From: Gemmatimonadaceae bacterium
GTDB taxonomy: Bacteria; Gemmatimonadota; Gemmatimonadetes; Gemmatimonadales; Gemmatimonadaceae
Length of the DNA: 64,000 bases
NCBI GenBank assembly: GCA_051859245.1
Contig: JBHYGA010000005.1
Location: 859,537 to 923,536, forward strand
Direction: 5' to 3'
In this document: positions 9,986 through 19,490 of the stretch, piece after piece
Layout: every line of letters starts with the position of its first letter
Position numbering within the stretch: the first letter of the stretch is position 1
Notes under the pieces: model-generated
The model's database searches: none
What the model saw: only the letters and a program-made list of their open reading frames with translations
Told to the model about the DNA's origin: nothing
Translations under genes and position numbers: made by a program

Positions 9986-10038
9986 AAAAACAAAAGCGGC
10001 GCCTCGGGTGAGCGGACCCAGGGCGCCGCTTTGTTTTG
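9986..10038 (+). terminator. Rho-independent terminator
   Basis: AAAGCGGCGCC ... GGCGCCGCTTT hairpin with A-rich and T-rich flanks. Confidence 0.8.
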
Positions 10039-10101
10039 CCGTGCGATATTCAACCTCGCACCCGACGTGTTCGGCCACGTGTCGTTTCGGCAGCATTGGT
10101 G

Positions 10102-10117
10102 TGGCACTACGATTGCT
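10102..10117 (+). promoter_or_regulatory. Putative sigma54 (-24/-12) promoter of clpB
   Basis: TGGCACTACGATTGCT fits TGGCAC-N5-TTGCW with exact spacing, about 60 nt before the ATG. Confidence 0.65.
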
Positions 10118-10179
10118 CTTTCTTCGTAGCACACGTAGGCGGTGACATCGCGTTTTCTCCCCAGGAGTCAGGCACCTCT

Positions 10180-12774
10180 ATGATCAATCCCGATCGTTTG
10201 ACTGTGAAGAGCGGCGAAGCGCTGAACGACGCCGTATCGATCGCGCGTCGCGCCGGCAATCCGCTGGTCTACGACGTGCATTTGCTGCTCGCCTTGCTCT
10301 CGCAAGACGAAGGCATTGTGGTGCCGATTCTTCAGCGCGTTGGGGTATCGGTAACCCAGCTGCGACAGCAGGCCGAACAGGAGGCGACGCGCTACGCCAA
10401 GCAGAGTGATGCGCAGCCCACGCTCTCGCGCGAACTCTCGCAAGTCCTCGATGCCGCCGACAAACTCGCCCAGACACTCGGCGACGCCTACATCAGCACC
10501 GAGCATCTGCTGCTCGCGCTCAGCGATGCCAAAGGCACCGACAGCGCGCGCCTGCTCACGACGGCCAACGCCACGCGCACCGCGCTCACGGACGCACTCA
10601 AGCTGGTGCGCGGTTCGCACACCGTGACAGATCAGACGCCCGAGCAGCAGTACCAGGCGCTCGAGCGTTTCACGCGTGACCTCACGGATTCCGCGCGCAA
10701 GGGCAAGCTTGATCCGGTCATCGGGCGCGATGAAGAAATCCGGCGGGTGATTCAGGTGTTGTCGCGCCGTACCAAGAACAACCCCGTGCTCATCGGTGAG
10801 CCCGGTGTCGGTAAAACGGCCATCGCTGAAGGCCTTGCCCAGCGCATGGTGAACGGCGACGTGCCCGAGTCACTGCGCGACAAGAAGCTGTTGTCGCTCG
10901 ATCTCGGTGCGCTGATTGCCGGAGCCAAGTTTCGTGGCGAGTTCGAAGAACGCCTCAAGTCGGTGCTCAAGGAAATCGCGTCCAGCGAAGGGCGCGTGGT
11001 GTTGTTCATTGACGAGCTGCACACGCTCGTGGGCGCCGGTAAAGCCGAAGGCAGCATGGACGCGGGCAACATGCTCAAGCCGATGCTCGCGCGCGGCGAA
11101 CTGCGTGTGGTTGGTGCGACCACGCTCGATGAATATCGCAAGCATGTGGAAAAGGACGCCGCACTCGAACGACGCTTCCAGCCCGTTTTTGTGGGCGAGC
11201 CGAGCGTCGAGAATACCATTGCCATTCTGCGCGGACTGAAGGAGCGCTACGAAGCGCACCACGGGGTGCGCATTACCGATGGTGCGGTCGTAGCCGCGGC
11301 CACGTTGTCGGATCGATATATCGGCGATCGATTCCTGCCTGACAAAGCCATCGATCTGGTGGACGAAGCGGCGTCGCGCTTGCGCATTGAGATTGACTCC
11401 GTGCCGCAGGAGATCGATGAGGTGGAGCGTCGCATCGTGCAGCTTGAAATCGAGCGACAGGCGCTGCTCAAGGAATCCGACGCAGCGTCACTGGAACGAC
11501 GCAATACGCTTGAGCGTGAACTGGCCGATGGCAAGGAAAAAGCGTCGGGCATGCGAGCGCAGTGGCAACAAGAGAAAGACGTGCTGGGCAGCGTGGGACG
11601 CATCAAGCAGGAGATCGAGCAGGCACGTGTTGAAGCCGAGAAGGCCACGCGTGTTGGTGATCTCAATATGGCCGCCGAAATCACGTACGGTCGCATTCCG
11701 CAGTTGGAGCGCGATATGTCGGCAGCGGAAGCGCAGCTCGCGTCACACGGTGGACGTCCGCAGTTCCTGAAAGAAGAAGTGGCCGCTGACGACATCGCAG
11801 AAATCGTAGCGCGCTGGACGGGCATTCCCGTGTCGCGCATGATGGAATCAGAACGCGAGCGGCTCACGCGTCTGGAGTCGGTACTGGCAACGCGTGTGAT
11901 CGGTCAGGATGAAGCGGTTGCGGCGGTCGCCAATGCAGTGCGCCGTTCACGCGCCGGTTTGCAGGATCCCAACCGTCCCGTGGGCAGCTTCATCTTTCTC
12001 GGTCCAACCGGCGTGGGCAAAACGGAGACTGCGCGCGCGCTCGCCGAGTTCCTGTTTGATGATGAGCATGCCATGGTGCGCATCGACATGTCGGAGTACA
12101 TGGAGAAGCACGCCGTCGCACGGCTGATCGGTGCACCGCCAGGATATGTGGGCTACGAAGAAGGTGGACAGCTCACAGAAGTCGTGCGGAGACGCCCGTA
12201 CTGCGTGATTCTCTTTGACGAAATTGAAAAGGCGCACCCGGACGTCTTCAATGTGCTGTTGCAGGTGCTCGATGATGGGCGCCTTACGGACGCGCAGGGG
12301 CGCACGGTGGACTTCAAGAACGCCGTGATCATCATGACGTCGAACGTGGGCTCGTCCTACATTCTGGAAGCCGCCGATACGCCGCTCGCAGAGGTTGAGG
12401 CGCGCGTGCTGACGGCGCTGCGCGGCAGCTTCAAGCCGGAGTTTCTGAACCGCGTGGACGATATCGTGGTGTTCCGCCCGCTTGGCCGCGAGCAGATCGA
12501 TCATATCGTCGACCTGCAACTCGGGCGGTTGCGCGAACTGCTGACGGAGAAAAAGCTCACGATTGAACTCACACCGGCTGCGCGTGCGTTGCTCGCCGAT
12601 ACTGGCTATGACCCGGCGTTTGGTGCGCGTCCGCTCAAGCGCGCGGTGCAGCGCATGGTGCAGAATCCACTTGCGCTGGCGGTGCTCGAAGGGCGCTTCC
12701 TCGAAGGCGATCGCATCGTTGCCGACGTCGGAGAGAACGGTGCCCTCGCGTTTACCTCAACGCGCGCCGAGTAG
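10180..12774 (+). CDS. clpB: ATP-dependent chaperone ClpB
   Basis: Clp N-domain, [15 protein letters not shown], two Walker A motifs ([16 protein letters not shown]) and long coiled-coil middle domain. Start at ATG 10180 after AGGAG. Confidence 0.97.
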   Translation: MINPDRLTVKSGEALNDAVSIARRAGNPLVYDVHLLLALLSQDEGIVVPILQRVGVSVTQLRQQAEQEATRYAKQSDAQPTLSRELSQVLDAADKLAQTLGDAYISTEHLLLALSDAKGTDSARLLTTANATRTALTDALKLVRGSHTVTDQTPEQQYQALERFTRDLTDSARKGKLDPVIGRDEEIRRVIQVLSRRTKNNPVLIGEPGVGKTAIAEGLAQRMVNGDVPESLRDKKLLSLDLGALIAGAKFRGEFEERLKSVLKEIASSEGRVVLFIDELHTLVGAGKAEGSMDAGNMLKPMLARGELRVVGATTLDEYRKHVEKDAALERRFQPVFVGEPSVENTIAILRGLKERYEAHHGVRITDGAVVAAATLSDRYIGDRFLPDKAIDLVDEAASRLRIEIDSVPQEIDEVERRIVQLEIERQALLKESDAASLERRNTLERELADGKEKASGMRAQWQQEKDVLGSVGRIKQEIEQARVEAEKATRVGDLNMAAEITYGRIPQLERDMSAAEAQLASHGGRPQFLKEEVAADDIAEIVARWTGIPVSRMMESERERLTRLESVLATRVIGQDEAVAAVANAVRRSRAGLQDPNRPVGSFIFLGPTGVGKTETARALAEFLFDDEHAMVRIDMSEYMEKHAVARLIGAPPGYVGYEEGGQLTEVVRRRPYCVILFDEIEKAHPDVFNVLLQVLDDGRLTDAQGRTVDFKNAVIIMTSNVGSSYILEAADTPLAEVEARVLTALRGSFKPEFLNRVDDIVVFRPLGREQIDHIVDLQLGRLRELLTEKKLTIELTPAARALLADTGYDPAFGARPLKRAVQRMVQNPLALAVLEGRFLEGDRIVADVGENGALAFTSTRAE

Positions 12775-12786
12775 CTGGTAGACACG

Positions 12787-12834
12787 AGAAAGCCGCAGCG
12801 ACGCACCTAATGGTTGCGTCGCTGCGGCTTTTTT
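12787..12834. terminator. Bidirectional terminator between clpB and the OmpA-family gene
   Basis: AAAGCCGCAGCGACGCA / TGCGTCGCTGCGGCTTTTTT inverted repeat between convergent genes. Confidence 0.85.
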
Positions 12835-12881
12835 CGTTCAACAGCACCTCGGTTGCGCGTGCGAACACGCGCATTCCGAAT

Positions 12882-13529
12882 TTACGGCTTCCGTACGTCG
12901 GCTGAAGCGATGATGGCCACTTCAATGCGACGATTGGCCTGCTGACCACTTTCGGAGTCATTGGTCATGACGGGTTCCAGCTCGCCGCGTCCTGAGGTCC
13001 GCAAACGCGTGCTGGCAATGCCTTCGCCCGTCAGAAAGCGTGACGCCGCGTCCGCTCGCTGCTGCGACAGACGCATGTTGTAGTCGTCACTACCCGTAGC
13101 ATCGGTATGGCCAACAATCAGCACATCCGTTTTCGGATACTTCGAAAGACTCTGCGCCAGATTGCGCAGATTTACAGCGGCATCGGATCGGATACGATCG
13201 GAATCAAAGTCGTACAGCAAACCGCTGGCAAATGTGATCTGAATGCCTTCCCCAACGCGTTCCACCGTTGCGCCAGGAATTGCCAGTTCGATCTCCTTGG
13301 CCTGCTGATCCATCTGGTGTCCGATCACGGCGCCGGCGGCGCCGCCGATCACCGCGCCAATAATGGCACCGCGAGCCGTTGAGCCGGTCTGATTGCCAAT
13401 CACGCCGCCAACACCCGCGCCGACACCGGCACCAATCGCCGCACCCTGCTGCTTCATCGACGCGCATGCCGTCACGCTAACCGACGCAAACAACAACAGC
13501 GCGAGGCTGGTGTTCCGGAGCGTCATCAT
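12882..13529 (-). CDS. OmpA-family lipoprotein with glycine zipper (YiaD-like)
   Basis: Lipobox VTAC, GAxIGA glycine zipper, GHTD..G...YN..LS..RA and NRRIE peptidoglycan-binding motifs. Confidence 0.92.
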   Translation of the reverse strand: MMTLRNTSLALLLFASVSVTACASMKQQGAAIGAGVGAGVGGVIGNQTGSTARGAIIGAVIGGAAGAVIGHQMDQQAKEIELAIPGATVERVGEGIQITFASGLLYDFDSDRIRSDAAVNLRNLAQSLSKYPKTDVLIVGHTDATGSDDYNMRLSQQRADAASRFLTGEGIASTRLRTSGRGELEPVMTNDSESGQQANRRIEVAIIASADVRKP

Positions 13530-13675
13530 AAAACTTTCCGACCCTGAATGACACGAACAAGGATCGCGATGACTGCAAGCACCAGCAGGATATGAATCAA
13601 TCCGCCCATCGTGTACGACGTGACGAGGCCAAGCGCCCAGAGAACGATCAGGATGATGACAATCGTTGAAAGCAT
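13526..13675 (-). CDS. Small membrane protein, lmo0937 family (49 aa; absent from the ORF track)
   Basis: Translates MLSTIVIILIVLWALGLVTSYTMGGLIHILLVLAVIAILVRVIQGRKVL*. SD AAGGAG upstream; stop overlaps the OmpA ATG. Confidence 0.88.
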   Translation of the reverse strand: MLSTIVIILIVLWALGLVTSYTMGGLIHILLVLAVIAILVRVIQGRKVL

Positions 13676-13878
13676 GAGATGACTCCTTGAGTCTTTCGGG
13701 ATTTTAAATACGAACGCACTGCTCCACGTTGTACACCGTGAAGGCCAAATAATACGTGTTTCATCACACTAATGGACGAAACGCGTGCGCCAGATCACAT
13801 AAATCCGAAAGTTTTTTGGCGCCTGCTCTGAGGAGCGATTACGTTATCGCTCGAAAGGAGTAGAGATCGCAGCGTGCG

Positions 13879-15558
13879 TCAGATCTCGCCGCGTTTTGCG
13901 AACTGTCCGATATGATCGGCGGCGCGAAATGCCAACGCTTGAATGGTCAGTGTGGGTTGCCCGCGCCCGCTGGTGACAAACGAACTGCCGTCCACAATAA
14001 ACAGATTGCGAACATCGTGCGTGCGGTGGAATCGATCAACGACAGACCGCGTTGGATCATTACCCATGCGACACGTACCAAGCAAATGCACCGCGAAACC
14101 GGGATCCTCGTTGATGGGATCCGAATGAATGCGCAACGCGCCGGCAGCCTGCAACAGTTCGCGCCCACGTTCCTGAAACCAGCGATACATCCGCAGGTCA
14201 TGTTCATGCTCACGAAATGTGGTGCGTAAAGCGGGCAAGCCAAACGCGTCTTTCAGCTCGGGGTCCAGAGAAACACTGTTTGTCTCGACCGGCAGCGATG
14301 TGGTGTGCGCGTACGCCAGCAGCGAATTGTTGTACCATGAACGCAACCGATGCTTGAACGCGCTGCCCCATTGCGGTTCGCCTTGCGGCAACGAAAGCGC
14401 CATCAACATGGCCGGTACGTCGAACCGGAAATCGAAGCCGCCGCCACCCACAAAGCCGAGCGCCGGATCCAGTTCATAGGTGTGGTGCGAAATGCGCGAC
14501 ACCACCGGGCCACGATGTCCATTGATCTCATGTTCGAACTCGGCGCGTGACAACGCGGCACCATTAAACATGAAGTGCTTTCCCACCAGGCCGCTCGAGT
14601 TGGCGAGACCGTCAGGGAACTGTGTATTCGCCGAGAGCAGCAGCAACCGCGGTGACTCCGCACCATTCGCGCTCAGCACAACCGCTTTGGCCCGCTGACG
14701 CTGTTCCTTCTTGTCGCGATCGTAGTACAGCACGCCCGTTGCGCGCCCCTGCTCGTTCGTTTCGATGCGATACACCGTACACTCGCTGCGCACTTCACAG
14801 CGACCGGAACGCAGCGCCTCCGGAATCATGGTGTAGTTGGCACCTGACTTTGCGCCCCACTCGCACGGGAAGCCGAGACAGAAGCCACAGTTGTGACATG
14901 GCTGACGACCGTTGTATTCGCGCGAAAGAATGGCCATGGGGGCGGGCATCGAGCTCCACCCAAGCTTGTCACACGCGGCGGTGAGCAGCACGCCCGGACC
15001 CGTCACGTTCAGCGGTGGCAGCGGATACGGACGCGAGTGCGGTGGTTCGCCCGGCGCGGCATTGGCCAATCCCGACACGCCAATGGCCCATTCAACGGCC
15101 GAGTAGTACGGCTCCAGTTCGTCGTACGTAATCGGCCAGTCTGCAAGCGCTGCGCCCGGCACGCCGCCGCGTGCCGAAAACTCGTTGAAGTCGATTGGAC
15201 GGAAACGCCAATAGTTGCCCGTGAAATGGAACGAGGTGCCGCCCACCGCTTTGGCGTATCCCACGTACGGACGGCGCTGTGCGACGTCCGCGTCGGTGCG
15301 CCGGTACGTTTGCGGTTGCGTCTGGGAGTTGTTGGTCCATTTCTCCGTAATGAACGCGCCGAGTTCATCGTGATCCATTTCTTCCGGGCGCCACGCACGG
15401 CCTTGCTCGAGCACCACAACATCAAAGCCCTGTCGCGTGAGTTCACGCGCCATCGATCCACCGGCCGGCCCGGACCCGATGACGACAAAATCCACGTCGG
15501 TGTCCTGCGCGTACGTGCGCCCGGTTGGCTGCGTCTGCAGCAGGCGGCGTGTCGGCAT
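13879..15558 (-). CDS. GMC-family flavoprotein oxidoreductase (gluconate/glycoside dehydrogenase-like large subunit)
   Basis: GSGPAG FAD motif, VGGTS, Cys cluster CHNCGFC..C, HLLGTCRMG and PTLTIQALA. Confidence 0.92.
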   Translation of the reverse strand: MPTRRLLQTQPTGRTYAQDTDVDFVVIGSGPAGGSMARELTRQGFDVVVLEQGRAWRPEEMDHDELGAFITEKWTNNSQTQPQTYRRTDADVAQRRPYVGYAKAVGGTSFHFTGNYWRFRPIDFNEFSARGGVPGAALADWPITYDELEPYYSAVEWAIGVSGLANAAPGEPPHSRPYPLPPLNVTGPGVLLTAACDKLGWSSMPAPMAILSREYNGRQPCHNCGFCLGFPCEWGAKSGANYTMIPEALRSGRCEVRSECTVYRIETNEQGRATGVLYYDRDKKEQRQRAKAVVLSANGAESPRLLLLSANTQFPDGLANSSGLVGKHFMFNGAALSRAEFEHEINGHRGPVVSRISHHTYELDPALGFVGGGGFDFRFDVPAMLMALSLPQGEPQWGSAFKHRLRSWYNNSLLAYAHTTSLPVETNSVSLDPELKDAFGLPALRTTFREHEHDLRMYRWFQERGRELLQAAGALRIHSDPINEDPGFAVHLLGTCRMGNDPTRSVVDRFHRTHDVRNLFIVDGSSFVTSGRGQPTLTIQALAFRAADHIGQFAKRGEI

Positions 15559-16160
15559 CAGAGCACGCGTCCGAGCAGCGCCTGTTGATTCTCGGGTCGA
15601 TCGTACCAGCCGAACGGCGGCTGATACTCGAACACCGGCTCCTGATTCACCAGTGACCAGCCCACAAAGTTCTTGTTGCCGCCGTACTTTGGCAGCGCGA
15701 ACATGCCGGCAATCGTCGCGAAGCGCAGACTGCCAAAAAACTCTGTCTGTTCAATCTCGCGGAGCAGCGCATCCTGTTGTGCGTCGTTCAGCGCAGCAAA
15801 GCGTGCAACACCCGGGTGTGATTTTGCCACCGCGTCAGTGAGCTCCTGCAGGCCGCGTGCGAAGAGCGGCTGCTGGTCAACGGCGAACGTGGTCATGCTT
15901 TGATCAATAAAAAAGATCACGCCCGCTTCACGCGCACCAGGTGTTTCATCCGTTGGAAAGATTCGTGCCGCGATGGCCTCGACATCGGCCGCGTCTTCCG
16001 CCGTGAAATGGCGCAGTGATTGTGGACCGACAGGGGTGTCAGGCGTGGGGTGATGGCTGATGGCGTCGGGTGTGGCGTCGCGGCAGGCGGAGGCGGCTGC
16101 GAGCCACGCCGCGCTCATTGCCGTGACCCGCAGCACAAAATCGCGTCGTGAAAGAGTCAT
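15558..16160 (-). CDS. Gluconate 2-dehydrogenase subunit 3 family protein (Tat-exported partner)
   Basis: SRRDF Tat motif; RIFPTDETPGA.EAGV..FID and P.YGGN....GW motifs. Confidence 0.9.
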   Translation of the reverse strand: MTLSRRDFVLRVTAMSAAWLAAASACRDATPDAISHHPTPDTPVGPQSLRHFTAEDAADVEAIAARIFPTDETPGAREAGVIFFIDQSMTTFAVDQQPLFARGLQELTDAVAKSHPGVARFAALNDAQQDALLREIEQTEFFGSLRFATIAGMFALPKYGGNKNFVGWSLVNQEPVFEYQPPFGWYDRPENQQALLGRVL

Positions 16161-16326
16161 GCGGGCGATAGTAGCGCGCCCACGAGCCCGCGTCTAGAAA
16201 AATCGGCACTTCTACCTACTTGACGGTTGTCCCGTTCGTCCCAATGCTCTAGGGACAAACGGTGCTGACAAGGGCCCTCCGGGGCAGATTCGCCGTCGCA
16301 CCGTCCCACCTTTTGAGGGCTCACGT

Positions 16327-17775
16327 ATGCGGCTGCGGCACCTGACCCCGTTGTTTGTTGGCGCCCTGATTCTCAGCGCCTGCTCAGACACCACACCACC
16401 AACCGCGCTCGACAGCGAATCGGCAATGTTCAGTGCATCGAACGCGGGCGGTGTGCAGCGCAACGACTATATCATCGTATTCCGCGATGACGTTCGAGAC
16501 GTGCCTGGACTGGCGCGTGCGCTCCTCTCGCAAAATGGTGGCACCCTTGGTTTCACCTACACGACGGCGCTCAAGGGATTCTCGGCGACCCTGCCGGACG
16601 CGGCGGTGATGGCACTCGAAAGAAATCCCAACGTGGCGTACATCGAACCGGTGATCGACGTGTCGATTTCTACCACACAAAGCAATGCCACGTGGGGGCT
16701 GGACCGCATCGATCAGCGAGACCGGCCGATTAACGGCACGTACGTCTACGAGCAAACGGGTGCTGGTGTGCGTTCCTACATTCTCGACACCGGCATCTTG
16801 CCCTCGCATACGGATTTTGGTTCGCGCGTGGTGAGCGGGTTTACCGCGATCAGTGATGGGCGCGGCTCGAGTGATTGCAATGGACACGGAACGCACGTGG
16901 CGGGCACCGTTGGCGGAACAACGTGGGGTGTCGCAAAGGCAACAACGCTCGTCGCAGTTCGCGTGCTGGACTGTCGTGGTTCCGGCACGACGGACGGCGT
17001 GATTGCGGGCGTGGACTGGGTAGCCGCACAGACGCAGCGGCCCGCGGTGGCCAACATGTCGCTCGGCGGCGGCGCCAGCACAGCCTTGGACAATGCGGTC
17101 GCGAACGCTGTGGCGAGTGGTATTACGTTCGTGGTCGCCGCCGGCAACAGTGGTGCGAATGCCTGTAACTACTCGCCGGCGCGCACCGCCAGCGCCATCA
17201 CCGTTGGTGCAACCACCAACACGGATGCCCGTGCCTCGTACTCAAACTTTGGCTCGTGCCTCGACATTTTTGCTCCCGGCAGCAGCATCACGTCCGCGTG
17301 GTACACGAGCAATACCGCCACGAACACGATTAGCGGTACTTCAATGGCCGCCCCGCATGTTGCGGGAGCGGCGGCCCTGTATCTGCAGGCGAACCCCAAT
17401 GCGTCACCGACCTCGGTGGCATCGGCGTTGGTCGGGAATGCAAGCACCGGTCGGGTGAGTAGCGCGGGTACCGGTTCACCCAATGAGTTGCTGTACATCG
17501 GCACCGCATCAGATGGTGGCACCGTCACACCGCCGCCGAGTGGTAATCCAACACTGAGCTTTACTGTTACGAAGCAGGGCCCGAACAAGCGCGCCAACCT
17601 TGCATGGACCAATGCAACGTCGAGTGTCGACGTGTTCCGAAACAACACGCAGATCGCCACGGTGACGGGAACGAGCTACACTGACAATCTTGGGCGGGGC
17701 ACGGGATCCAACACGTACCGCGTGTGCAACGCCGGCACCACAACCTGCTCTGCGAGCGTCACGGTGAACTACTAA
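16327..17775 (+). CDS. S8 subtilase (proteinase K/aqualysin-like) lipoprotein with I9 propeptide and FN3-like C-terminus
   Basis: Lipobox LSAC, WGLDRIDQR, catalytic triad DTG / HGTHVAG / GTSMAAPH. Confidence 0.95.
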   Translation: MRLRHLTPLFVGALILSACSDTTPPTALDSESAMFSASNAGGVQRNDYIIVFRDDVRDVPGLARALLSQNGGTLGFTYTTALKGFSATLPDAAVMALERNPNVAYIEPVIDVSISTTQSNATWGLDRIDQRDRPINGTYVYEQTGAGVRSYILDTGILPSHTDFGSRVVSGFTAISDGRGSSDCNGHGTHVAGTVGGTTWGVAKATTLVAVRVLDCRGSGTTDGVIAGVDWVAAQTQRPAVANMSLGGGASTALDNAVANAVASGITFVVAAGNSGANACNYSPARTASAITVGATTNTDARASYSNFGSCLDIFAPGSSITSAWYTSNTATNTISGTSMAAPHVAGAAALYLQANPNASPTSVASALVGNASTGRVSSAGTGSPNELLYIGTASDGGTVTPPPSGNPTLSFTVTKQGPNKRANLAWTNATSSVDVFRNNTQIATVTGTSYTDNLGRGTGSNTYRVCNAGTTTCSASVTVNY

Positions 17776-17846
17776 GGGCCGCTGTGCCGCGACAGGCCTG
17801 TCCTGCTGGCCTGTCGCGAGCACGGGAGGCTTCGTATCCTCCCTGC

Positions 17847-18851
17847 ATGCAACGATTGCCTTGTTCATTCCGCCGCGTGTTTTTCGTCGCGTGTGCCGCG
17901 CTCGTACTCGCGTGCAGCGGTGGCAGTACTGCCCCCGGGACACCCACACCACCGCCGCCACCTCCGCCGCCGCCACCGGTCACCACGCCGGTCGGTCCGG
18001 TCGGGCCGTTCGCGGTTGGTACCGCGTATGTCGACAGCCGCAACTGGGTGCAGTACACGGCCGGCGACGCTCCCATTGTGCTGATTGCGCCGCACGGCGG
18101 ATTGCTTGCTCCCGGCGAGCTGGCGGACCGCAGTTGCACGGACTGCGTGACCGCAAACGACACCAATACGCAGGACCTGGCGCGCGTAATTGCCGACACG
18201 TTCGCCACGCGCACCGGACGTCGACCGCACCTGGTCGTGAATCTGCTGCATCGTCGCAAGTTCGACGCGAATCGTGATCTGACGGAAGCCACGGTCAATA
18301 ACTCGGCGGCCCTCCGACCCACCTGGGAGTGGATGCACGCCGCGGTAGATACCGCCAAGGCCGACGTTGCGCGTCGTTGGCAGCGCGGGCTGGTGCTCGA
18401 CATGCATGGACACGCGCATGCGATCCCTCGTCTTGAGCTCGGCTACTTGCTCACCGGAACACAGCTGCGACTCGACGATGGCGCGCTTGCCGCGTCGAAT
18501 GCTTTCAGTTCGACCAGCACCGCGAGTTTGCTAAGCACACGCCGTAGTGGTCGAACGGCCGCTCAGATTCTGCGCGGTCCCTCGAGTCTTGGCGGATTAC
18601 TCGAAGCGCGAGGGTTTCGCGCCGTGCCCTCACCGGCCGCGCCCGCGCCATTGGTTGGCGAAGACTATTTCAATGGCGGGTACAACACGCTGCGACATGG
18701 ATCGCGCGCCAGCGGATCCGTGGACGCGATTCAGATCGAGTGTCATTTCACAGGAGTGCGCGACACACCGCAGAGTCGCGCGGCCTTTGCGTCGGCGCTG
18801 GTGGACGCACTGCTGGTACTGCTGCGCGACGAGTATGGGTGGCAGCCGTAG
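17847..18851 (+). CDS. N-formylglutamate amidohydrolase-like lipoprotein
   Basis: Lipobox VLAC, poly-Pro linker, APHGG, R...DANR, DMHG, GGY and AIQIE motifs. Start chosen at in-frame ATG 17847. Confidence 0.7.
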   Translation: MQRLPCSFRRVFFVACAALVLACSGGSTAPGTPTPPPPPPPPPPVTTPVGPVGPFAVGTAYVDSRNWVQYTAGDAPIVLIAPHGGLLAPGELADRSCTDCVTANDTNTQDLARVIADTFATRTGRRPHLVVNLLHRRKFDANRDLTEATVNNSAALRPTWEWMHAAVDTAKADVARRWQRGLVLDMHGHAHAIPRLELGYLLTGTQLRLDDGALAASNAFSSTSTASLLSTRRSGRTAAQILRGPSSLGGLLEARGFRAVPSPAAPAPLVGEDYFNGGYNTLRHGSRASGSVDAIQIECHFTGVRDTPQSRAAFASALVDALLVLLRDEYGWQP

Positions 18852-18915
18852 TGGATGTGCCGCGCTTGTTCACGACGCGGCGTGAAACGCGTGGTGCCGT
18901 TGCGAGGCGCCGCGC

Positions 18916-19377
18916 GTGATCGCCACGCCTGATGATCTGGCGTTCCTCGAGCTTGCACTCCTGCAGGCGCGCGAGGCGGCCCAAGCTGGTGAGGTGCCGG
19001 TCGGTGCCATCGTTGTGTGCGATGCGCAGGTCATCGCGCGCGCGCAGAACCGCATGCTGCACGAGAGCGATGCCACGGCGCACGCCGAAGTGCTCGCGTT
19101 GCGAGAGGCGGCGCGCGCGCTCGGTGAGGCCCGGTTGCGCGACTGCACGATGTACATCTCGCTGGAACCGTGTGCGATGTGCGCCGGTGCGATCGTGCTC
19201 GCGCGAGTGAGGCGCGTGGTATTCTCGGCCTGGGATGACAAAGCCGGTATGGCCGGTTCAGTCGGTGACATTCTGCGGCACCCGCGACTTAATCACCGGC
19301 CCGAAGTGCTCGGCGGGGTGAATGCCGAGCCGAGTGCGGAGTTGCTCCGGCAGTTTTTCGCGGCGCGTAGGGGCTGA
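18916..19377 (+). CDS. tadA: tRNA-specific adenosine deaminase
   Basis: EVPVGA, HAE and LEPCAMCAGA motifs; LNH, FF...R C-terminus. Confidence 0.93.
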   Translation: MIATPDDLAFLELALLQAREAAQAGEVPVGAIVVCDAQVIARAQNRMLHESDATAHAEVLALREAARALGEARLRDCTMYISLEPCAMCAGAIVLARVRRVVFSAWDDKAGMAGSVGDILRHPRLNHRPEVLGGVNAEPSAELLRQFFAARRG

Positions 19378-19433
19378 GTGCGCGCTGAATCCGCTGGCGT
19401 TGGTGCGTCCGGCAGATACAAAACTGCATTTCC

Positions 19434-19487
19434 CACGGAGTCGCGGAGGCACGGAGAACTGCATAGAGCTTTTCTCCGTGCCTCCGT
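19434..19487. repeat. REP-like palindrome built from 8-bp C(A/G)CGGAGN units; probably also a terminator between convergent genes
   Basis: CACGGAGT-CGCGGAGG-CACGGAGA followed by the inverted TCTCCGTG-CCTCCGT. Confidence 0.6.
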
Positions 19488-19490
19488 CCA

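Noticed and set aside
19385..19430. GCTGAATCC resembling the start of a c-di-AMP riboswitch
   Set aside because: The remaining motifs are absent and it lies between convergent gene ends.
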